Shown: one piece after another, positions 6,105 through 15,441 of the stretch
Layout: each line of letters begins with the position of its first letter
Position numbering within the stretch: the first letter of the stretch is position 1
Assembly: GCA_964244895.1 (NCBI GenBank)
Contig: CAXTKV010000127.1
Location: forward strand, 1-15,441
Length of the DNA stretch: 15,441 nucleotides
Reading direction: 5' to 3'
From: an uncultured Deinococcales bacterium
GTDB lineage: Bacteria; Deinococcota; Deinococci; Deinococcales; JAAFIG01
Notes under the pieces: generated by a model
What the model saw: only the letters and a program-made list of their open reading frames with translations
What the model was told of the DNA's origin: nothing
The model's database searches: none
Program-made: the position numbers and the translations under genes

Positions 6105-8423
6105 GTGACGGCGACCGCGTTCCCGATGCCCGAAGTCCTGACTGGTTTCCAGAGTTTCTTCGGGTGGTTCAGGCACGCGGGTTACGCGGATCGCGTGTCC
6201 TTCCACGCCGCGATGGATGCCAGGGAAGCGCGACTGGGCGACCCCAGGGCTTTCCAGGACATCCTGGAGCGCCTGCAAATCCGGCCTTACGCGCACCAGG
6301 CGCGGGCGCTCGAGCTTGTCGAAGCGGGCCGGGGCGTGGTCGTGGCCACCCCGACGGCCTCCGGCAAGAGCCTGGTATTCCAGGTTCCGACGCTGGCGGC
6401 GCTGGAAACGAACGGAACGGCGCTCTACCTGTACCCGACCAAAGCCCTGGCGCACGATCAGTTGGGCAAATTGAAGGCCCAAGCGGAGCGTCTGGGGCTG
6501 GATGGTCTGATCGCGGAATACGACGGCGACACGCCGGATGATCTGCGGGCTCGAGTCAAGGCGAGCGGGCGCGTGGTCTTCACCAACCCGGACATGCTGC
6601 ACTTCGGGATTCTGCCGCGCCACCCGGACTGGGCCGAGTTCTTTTCGCGGCTTCGGGTAATCGCGGTGGACGAGGTGCATTACTACCGGGGCGTGATGGG
6701 TTCGCACGTCGGGAATGTCCTGCGTCGTCTGCTGCGGATCGCCGCGCAGTACGGTGCGAACCCCGCCGTGATCGCGGCCAGCGCCACCATCGCCAACCCC
6801 GAAGAGCACGCGCGCAACCTGACCGGGCTGGCATTCTGTGCCGTGACCGAAGATTCCGGCCCGCGATCAGAGCGCGAGTTCATCATCTGGGAACCGATGA
6901 AGCTCGACCAGGCGGGCTTGCGGCGGCGTTCAGTCAACTCCGAGGCCGCAGACCTGGCCACGGCCCTGTTGCGGACGGGTGTCAAGAGCATCGTCTTCAC
7001 CAACTCCAGGAAATCTGCGGAACTGGTGCGGCGTTACGCCAGCCTGGAATTGATGGATTCGGAAATGAACCGGATCGCCACCTACCGCTCGGGCTACACG
7101 GCCACCGAGCGCCGCGATCTCGAGCGCCGATTCCGCGACGGCGAAATCACCGTGATGGTCGCCACCAACGCGCTTGAACTAGGCGTGGACGTGGGCGGCG
7201 TGGATTGCGTCGTGATGGTCGGCTATCCGGGTTCTATTAACGCGCTCTGGCAACGCGCCGGGCGCGCCGGGCGCGGCGGAACCAGGGCAGCATCAATTCT
7301 GATTCCCGGCGAAAACCCGCTCGATCAGTACTACGTCTCCCACCCGGATCTGCTGGTTGCGGGAAAGCCCGAGCAGGCCGTGGCCGACCCCGGCAACATC
7401 GTGATTCACCCGTTGCACGCGCACTGCGCCGCCAGGGAACGCCCCATCCAGGACGGCGAGGACGTGCTGCTGGGGCGACCGGGCGAGGAGTTGGGTCTGG
7501 TCAGGCGCGGTCAGAAGTTCTACAGCCCCAAAAAATACCCGCACGGCGAGGTCAGCTTGCGCGGTTCCGGGCGCGGCAACTTCACGATCCGCACGCGCGA
7601 GGGCGCGCTCCTGGGTCACATCGACGAGGCGAACGCCTACTGGGACGTTCACCCCGGCGCCATTTACTTGCACCAGGGCGAGAATTACTACGTCAGGAAC
7701 CTCGATCTGGACAAGCGCGTGGCGGTGCTGATCTCTTCACTAGAGGACTATTACACGCAACCTCGCGCGGACACCGACGTGACCATTCAGGGCGGCGAGT
7801 TGAGCGCTTACGGTGTCAGCGTCGGGCGGGTGGACGTGCGCCGCCAGGTCGTCGGGTACGTCAAGAAGCGCTACCGTTCCGAATCCAGCCTGGGCGAGGA
7901 GATGCTGGAATTGCCCGCGCTCGAGTTTCAGACCGAAGCGCTGTGGTTCCCGATCCCCGAGGCTCTGGAATTGCCGCCCGCGATCCTGCCGGGCGCGATC
8001 CATGCGCTGGAGCACGCCATGATCGGCTTGCTGCCCGCCTTCGTGCTGTGCGAGCGCGCCGACGTGGGCGGCGTGTCCTATCCTGCCTACGGCATCACGA
8101 GCCCGGTGCGATTAGAACCCGACGATCCGAAAACCCGCGAGCTCGAGCGCATCGATCCGGGCGGCCTGCCGACGATCTTCATTTACGACGGTTATCCGGG
8201 CGGCGTGGGGTACGCCCGCGCGGGCGTGGGGGTCTTCACCGAATGGTTGACGGCCACGCGCGACCTGCTGCGCGACTGCCCGTGCAAGTCCGGTTGCCCG
8301 CGCTGCACGCTCAGCCCGAAGTGCGGCAACGGCAACGAGCCGCTCGATAAACGCGGCGCATACCTGCTCGCCTCGCGCATTCTGGAGCGCTACGAAACCA
8401 GCGCCGCTCGGGTCGAAGCGTAA
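6105..8423 (+). CDS. DEAD/DEAH-box helicase with C-terminal DUF1998 Zn-binding domain (MrfA/YprA-Hrq1-SftH family), about 772 aa
   Basis: Q motif 'PYAHQ', Walker A 'TPTASGKS', 'YPTKAL', 'TNPDMLH', DEVH, SAT, 'TNALELGVDVG', 'QRAGRAGR'. DUF1998 features 'HALEHA', 'IYDGYPGGVG', 'CPCKSGCPRC'. Start is GTG 6105 (alternative ATG 6126). Confidence 0.93.
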   Translation: MTATAFPMPEVLTGFQSFFGWFRHAGYADRVSFHAAMDAREARLGDPRAFQDILERLQIRPYAHQARALELVEAGRGVVVATPTASGKSLVFQVPTLAALETNGTALYLYPTKALAHDQLGKLKAQAERLGLDGLIAEYDGDTPDDLRARVKASGRVVFTNPDMLHFGILPRHPDWAEFFSRLRVIAVDEVHYYRGVMGSHVGNVLRRLLRIAAQYGANPAVIAASATIANPEEHARNLTGLAFCAVTEDSGPRSEREFIIWEPMKLDQAGLRRRSVNSEAADLATALLRTGVKSIVFTNSRKSAELVRRYASLELMDSEMNRIATYRSGYTATERRDLERRFRDGEITVMVATNALELGVDVGGVDCVVMVGYPGSINALWQRAGRAGRGGTRAASILIPGENPLDQYYVSHPDLLVAGKPEQAVADPGNIVIHPLHAHCAARERPIQDGEDVLLGRPGEELGLVRRGQKFYSPKKYPHGEVSLRGSGRGNFTIRTREGALLGHIDEANAYWDVHPGAIYLHQGENYYVRNLDLDKRVAVLISSLEDYYTQPRADTDVTIQGGELSAYGVSVGRVDVRRQVVGYVKKRYRSESSLGEEMLELPALEFQTEALWFPIPEALELPPAILPGAIHALEHAMIGLLPAFVLCERADVGGVSYPAYGITSPVRLEPDDPKTRELERIDPGGLPTIFIYDGYPGGVGYARAGVGVFTEWLTATRDLLRDCPCKSGCPRCTLSPKCGNGNEPLDKRGAYLLASRILERYETSAARVEA

Positions 8424-8476
8424 GGACACCGTCCAGCACGCAAATAGTGGTACGTGAGGTGGACGGTGTTCTTGAG
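8422..8476. repeat. ACCGTC-family element directly after the helicase stop
   Basis: AAGGACACCGTCCAGCACG...CGTGAGGTGGACGGTGTTCTT inverted arms. Two 17-nt stretches are identical to the reconstituted 333-462 copy. Confidence 0.85.
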
Positions 8477-8540
8477 GTTGAACGCCCGCAAAAAACCGTT
8501 CACCACCCGGTGTTCAGCGCGTCGGGATTGGACTGGCTCG

Positions 8541-8569
8541 AAAAGGCCGCCTCGAGAGGCACTTTTTTT
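8541..8569 (+). terminator. Possible intrinsic terminator
   Basis: Short GCCTC/GAGGC stem (8549-8560) followed by AC and T7 (8563-8569). Confidence 0.4.
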
Positions 8570-8841
8570 CATCAATTGGGTTGGACGGGCTCGAGAGGCC
8601 GATTCGGAGTCGGGTCAAATGAACCTGTTTTCGACCTCAATGAAAAACATGGCTTCAATCACGATCAATCCGCGCGTCAGGCAAGCCTTCTGAACGCCGC
8701 ATGAGAATTTAACCGGGTAGGGACTCATTCAGGCATCAGCCAACCCACAGTTGTTTCTGGTTCACTCACCACGACCGCGACGAGTTCGTCGCGGCGCGTT
8801 CCGAGACGAAACCCGTCGCGGAACCAACAGGGAGGTTCACC

Positions 8842-9609
8842 ATGAAAAATGCGTTCCAACGCACCTTGCTGCTCGGACTGGCCGCTGCCGCGTTCACAAG
8901 CCCCGCTCTCGCCGATGGACTCTCGGCATCCTTGGAAGTCCCGATCCTGCCGCAGTTCAGCGTCGGCGGAACCCTGAATTACTCCTACGAGGTCATCCCG
9001 AACCTGTTCCTGGGCGGCAGCCTGGGCGGAACTTACGCTTTTGGTGCGCAGGTCGGCGCGATCGGTGGTCGGGTCGGCGGCGTCTACGTCATTCAACTGT
9101 TGGACGCCGACAACACCTTCGTGAACGCATACGTCGGCGCGGGCACAAACGTGCTGTACGTCATCACCCCGGCGGCCTCGGCGGTATCGGTATCGGCTGA
9201 CGCGAACGCCGGAGTCTTCGCGCGCTACGGCATCAGCCAAGCGGCCCGCATTTACGGCGGTGTCGACGGCGCAGCGGCCTACAATTTTTCCGCCGGACAG
9301 TTCGTTCCGGTCGTATCGACTTACGCCGGCTTCCGCCTCGAGCCGGTCAGCAACTTGCAGATCTACATTCAGGGCGCGGTCGGTCTGAACGGCATCAAGG
9401 CCGCCAGCACCTCGGGCTCGAATCTGTTCAACGGGGCGGGCGCGGCTGGCTTCGTCTACGACGTTCGCGCGGGCCTGTACTACGCGATCGTTCCGCAAGT
9501 TCAGGTCGGGTTGTACACCGGCTTCAACGGTGGGTTTTCGATCGGTCTGAGCGCCAAGTTCGTCGAAAAGCCGGAGACCCTGGCCACACCCGGCAATTAC
9601 CTGCCCTGA
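8842..9609 (+). CDS. Putative outer-membrane beta-barrel protein (paralog 1), 255 aa
   Basis: GGGAGG SD, signal peptide ending ALA-DG, and about 12 alternating Gly/aromatic amphipathic strands by eye. Confidence 0.72.
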   Translation: MKNAFQRTLLLGLAAAAFTSPALADGLSASLEVPILPQFSVGGTLNYSYEVIPNLFLGGSLGGTYAFGAQVGAIGGRVGGVYVIQLLDADNTFVNAYVGAGTNVLYVITPAASAVSVSADANAGVFARYGISQAARIYGGVDGAAAYNFSAGQFVPVVSTYAGFRLEPVSNLQIYIQGAVGLNGIKAASTSGSNLFNGAGAAGFVYDVRAGLYYAIVPQVQVGLYTGFNGGFSIGLSAKFVEKPETLATPGNYLP

Positions 9610-9625
9610 TTCCTCGCGCAGTCTT

Positions 9626-9656
9626 CGCCCTCGAGCGTCATCTCGAGGGCGTTTTT
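9626..9656 (+). terminator. Intrinsic terminator
   Basis: CGCCCTCGAG / CTCGAGGGCG 10-bp stem with 6-nt loop, then TTTTT; 16 nt after the TGA. Confidence 0.85.
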
Positions 9657-9662
9657 ATTTGT

Positions 9663-9680
9663 CGTCCAGGACGGTCTTTT
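9663..9680. repeat. Single ACCGTC-family unit
   Basis: CGTCCAGGACGGTCTTTT is identical to 4827-4844. Confidence 0.7.
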
Positions 9681-9864
9681 TGATGGTTCTCGCCCCGCTT
9701 CGCCCTCAGCCACGCCGCCCAAAGATGCCCGTTCGGGTTCGGTCGCGTGCCCGACGCAATCCTGATTGTGTTACGGTGCATCAAGCGCGATTGAAACCGA
9801 ACCCTTTCGCCTCGAGAGTCGAGGATCAAATCCGAACTGGGGCGCGCCGACACGGGAGGAAACC

Positions 9865-10560
9865 ATGCTCAAAACCATCACTCGCTCACTGATCGCCCTC
9901 GCTGCCCTGAGCCTCCCGAGCCTCGCGCTGGCCGACGGCTACGCGGAAATCGGCGCGAACATCCTGCCCGCGCCCTTCTCGATCTACGCCAGCCTGGGCT
10001 ACAACCAGATCGTCGCCCCGAACGTGATCGCGGGCGGTAGCCTGGACGCCAAGCAGCAACTGGCTGCACCCTCGACGACCAGCTTGCAATTCGGCGTCTT
10101 CCTGCGCTACTACGTCACGCTCTACGACGCGGACGGCATCTACGCCGAAGTCTCGTTCGGGCCGGATCTGACGGTTTACGTCGTGCCGAGCTTCGCGGCG
10201 GAATTGGGACTCAAGGGCGTGGGCTTCGTGGGCGCGCGGATCGACGAGAACGGCGGCGTGTACGGCGGCATTTACGCCTACCCATTGCGGTTGGACTTGA
10301 ATGCGGGTTCCTCGGGCTTGAAATTTTTGCCCTCCAGCGGCCTGTTCGTGGGCGTGTACTACACGGTCTTCGACATCGTCAAGCTCGAGGCGGGCGGAAC
10401 CGTTGGTTTTGGCAACGGCATCGACCTGGAAGGCACGGTCAAGGCGACCGTCGCGCTGGGTGGCGGCTTCAACGTCGGCGCGAGCGCCGGGTACCACACG
10501 AACCCGAGCTTCGGCACGAGCTACCCGATCCTGAAGGTCTTCGTGGTCTACAAGTTCTGA
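9865..10560 (+). CDS. Putative outer-membrane beta-barrel protein (paralog 2), 231 aa
   Basis: GGGAGG SD before ATG 9865, signal peptide ending ALA-DG, amphipathic strands, and a C-terminal 'VFVVYKF' BAM-type beta-signal. Confidence 0.78.
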   Translation: MLKTITRSLIALAALSLPSLALADGYAEIGANILPAPFSIYASLGYNQIVAPNVIAGGSLDAKQQLAAPSTTSLQFGVFLRYYVTLYDADGIYAEVSFGPDLTVYVVPSFAAELGLKGVGFVGARIDENGGVYGGIYAYPLRLDLNAGSSGLKFLPSSGLFVGVYYTVFDIVKLEAGGTVGFGNGIDLEGTVKATVALGGGFNVGASAGYHTNPSFGTSYPILKVFVVYKF

Positions 10561-10570
10561 AGATGCACTG

Positions 10571-10598
10571 AAAAGCCCGCGCATGCGCGGGCTTTTTT
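10571..10598 (+). terminator. Intrinsic terminator (potentially bidirectional)
   Basis: Perfect palindrome AAAAGCCCGCGCATGCGCGGGCTTTT followed by TT, 10 nt after the stop. Confidence 0.9.
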
Positions 10599-11023
10599 GT
10601 TTGTTCTCTCGAGGAAACGGTTCGGGACGCTGTTCTTTTCTCTCAAGAAATTGCGCGCGGGACGGTCTCGCCTGGTTGCGTCCCGAAGCCTCGGGTGGCG
10701 AGTATGCGAATCCCGAGGCTTCAATACACTGGTGGGCTCGAGGGCGCTGCGCAATCTGTTCGCGCCACCGCCAGCGCTCAGCTTCCGACCTCGAACTGGC
10801 CACAAAACCAGAATTCTCGTCCGATGCACGCCAGAAGTTCGGCGCGAAGCATCCCGTCAAATGGAGAACACTGTCGGCGACGCGCATTTTCGTGCACGAA
10901 TCGCACCCAGGATCGTCCGGGCTGGATCACCCCGAGGAGCAATCTTGCCGCGCTCACATCCTCGCTCGAGACGTGGTACAGTCCCGTCCGAGGTCCGGGC
11001 TGCGCACACTTCAACCCGAGACC

Positions 11024-11062
11024 TTCATGCAAAAAGATTGCATAAACTATCACTCGAGGTGA
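11024..11062 (+). promoter_or_regulatory. Candidate carB operator/promoter/RBS
   Basis: ATGCAA-N5-TTGCAT (11027-11043) overlaps a candidate -10 TAAACT (11043-11048); SD GAGGTG at 11056-11061. Confidence 0.45.
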
Positions 11063-11067
11063 AGCCC

Positions 11068-14163
<3,096 letters not shown>

Positions 14164-14165
14164 AG

Positions 14166-14223
14166 AAGACCGTCCTGGACGTGACTTTTCGATCCTCGAG
14201 AACACTGTCCTGGACGGTGTTCT
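14166..14223. repeat. ACCGTC-family element directly after the carB stop
   Basis: AAGACCGTCCTGGACG (14166-14181) and AACACTGTCC-T-GGACGGTGTT (14201-14221). Confidence 0.8.
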
Positions 14224-14262
14224 TCGTGTGCAGAAGCTTACAGAAATCTTGAGGCAAAGCTT

Positions 14263-14324
14263 TGTAGGGGCGCTGCGGGCAAGCCCCTCTCGCGGCGTAC
14301 AGGGCTTGCCCGCAGCGCCCTACA
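14263..14324. repeat. GTAG-ended long hairpin (REPIN-like)
   Basis: TGTAGGGGCGCTGCGGGCAAGCCC (14263-14286) / GGGCTTGCCCGCAGCGCCCTACA (14302-14324): 23-bp stem with one bulge, GTAG at both outer ends. Confidence 0.78.
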
Positions 14325-14445
14325 TCGGGAGCGATATTCACACGCATCAACGTTCGTGAATACCGCCGTAGCCTCGAGTTAGCGCACCGACACGGGTTCG
14401 GGATCACTCATCCTGCGAGTCTCGAGCGCACCGCGTCTGAGCAAA

Positions 14446-15441
14446 TCAGGCACTCGAATCTCGAGGATGAACGTCGAATGCTCGGAAGCGTTCAATCGCG
14501 TCGTTGGCCCGTTCGTGGAACCCATCCTGCGCGGTGAACGGGCTGAGCAGCACCTCGGTGCGTTTTTGTTTCAGGGCGTGTTTCCAGGTGCCGACCACCT
14601 GACCATCCGCCACGATGGTCGGCAGGAACACGCCGTTTCCGCCGGGCACGACCCTCTGGGCGTGTTCCGCCGTCAGCACGTCGCGGCGATCCTTGTATCC
14701 CAGGATGTACTCGTCGAATCCGGGCAGCAGGTGCACGCCCGCAGGATTGGGCGCGCCCGGCGCGGTATCGGCCCACCAGTACCCGATGCCATCGTGGGTT
14801 TCTTCGGTCAGTTCCGACCGGATCGCTTCGAGCCCCGCGCGGGCGTCGGTCAGCGTCAATCCTGTCCAGCCCGCGAAATCTTTGAGCGTAGCCGGGCCGT
14901 GACTGGTGAAGTAACGCCTGGTGATTTCGATCAGGCTCTCGTCGCGCGAGCGCCGTGGCGCTTCGGGGAGCCATTCCTCGAGCAGCACGAAGGTCTGTTC
15001 CTTGCCCTGCTTCGGGCCGAAACAGATCACGCCCGTCTGGGCCAGCGACCAGAGGACGTGATAGCCGCGCTGCCCCGCCGGGTCAATCGCGGCATCCGCG
15101 AGCAGGGTCATGATTTCCGCACGGGGCAATCGCGCACCGCCACTCAGGGCGTCACGGATCAGGCGTTCGGCGCGAGCAATCGTGCGGTCGTCCAACTCGA
15201 GTTGCTTGCGCCGCGTCCGGCTGGCCGCCAACGGGCGCGAAGCGCAGAGTCCCAGCAGCCAGCGCGCGTCTTCGGTGGCCACGAGATGAATCGTGCCTCG
15301 CATCGGCCAGGTCAGCACGAGCGCCCGATCCTCGATGGCCCGCTCGACATCGGTTCGCGTCGCATTGAGCGTGCGCAGGCCGATGGCCCACAGCGCTTGC
15401 CGGTAATCCTGGGCTTGCACGGCTCCCATCCACTGCACGAC
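14446..15441 (-). CDS. AlkZ-like winged-helix (HTH_42) DNA glycosylase, 5' truncated by window edge
   Basis: 'GAVQAQD' QxQ catalytic motif, 'WPMRGTIHLV', 'RYFTSHGPATLKDFAGWTGL', 'LLPGFDEYILGY', 'DGQVVGTW'. Confidence 0.9.
   Translation of the reverse strand, partial: VVQWMGAVQAQDYRQALWAIGLRTLNATRTDVERAIEDRALVLTWPMRGTIHLVATEDARWLLGLCASRPLAASRTRRKQLELDDRTIARAERLIRDALSGGARLPRAEIMTLLADAAIDPAGQRGYHVLWSLAQTGVICFGPKQGKEQTFVLLEEWLPEAPRRSRDESLIEITRRYFTSHGPATLKDFAGWTGLTLTDARAGLEAIRSELTEETHDGIGYWWADTAPGAPNPAGVHLLPGFDEYILGYKDRRDVLTAEHAQRVVPGGNGVFLPTIVADGQVVGTWKHALKQKRTEVLLSPFTAQDGFHERANDAIERFRAFDVHPRDSSA

Noticed and set aside
5220..6809. 529-aa minus-strand ORF
   Set aside because: Antisense to three well-supported genes; typical of GC-rich codon bias.
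6105..8423. DUF1998 helicase as DISARM (DrmA/DrmB) or Druantia defence system
   Set aside because: It is a fused MrfA-type helicase among housekeeping genes, with no DNA methylase, PLD nuclease or SNF2 partner.
10597..11067. 157-aa N-terminal extension of CarB in the ORF track
   Set aside because: It starts inside a terminator and reads as low-complexity Arg/Pro/Ser-rich sequence. The canonical CarB start with SD is at 11068.
14360..14430. tRNA-like sequence (GGTTCG) downstream of the REPIN
   Set aside because: No cloverleaf, acceptor stem or proper T-arm can be built.

Overview
GC-rich bacterial chromosomal window. The host is probably Deinococcota; this is inferred from the short CarB, the DUF4384 protein style and leaderless TANNNT promoters. 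There are 13 supportable CDSs: partial YdcF/DUF218, secreted DUF4384 protein, lipoprotein cytochrome c, low-GC DUF2726, class I SAM methyltransferase, secreted hypothetical, acyl-CoA thioesterase, histidine phosphatase, MrfA/Hrq1-type DUF1998 helicase, two tandem putative outer-membrane beta-barrels, carB and a partial AlkZ-like HTH_42 glycosylase. No tRNA, rRNA, CRISPR array or transposase is seen. The most unusual signals are non-coding. (1) A dispersed palindromic repeat family (AA[C/G]ACCGTC...GACGGT[G/C]TT) often sits right after stop codons. (2) One copy is cleanly split by two tandem copies of a 39-bp unit. (3) A separate set of GTAG-type REP/REPIN elements is present. (4) CTCGAG is about 10-fold over-represented (about 56 copies by hand count), resembling a highly iterated palindrome.
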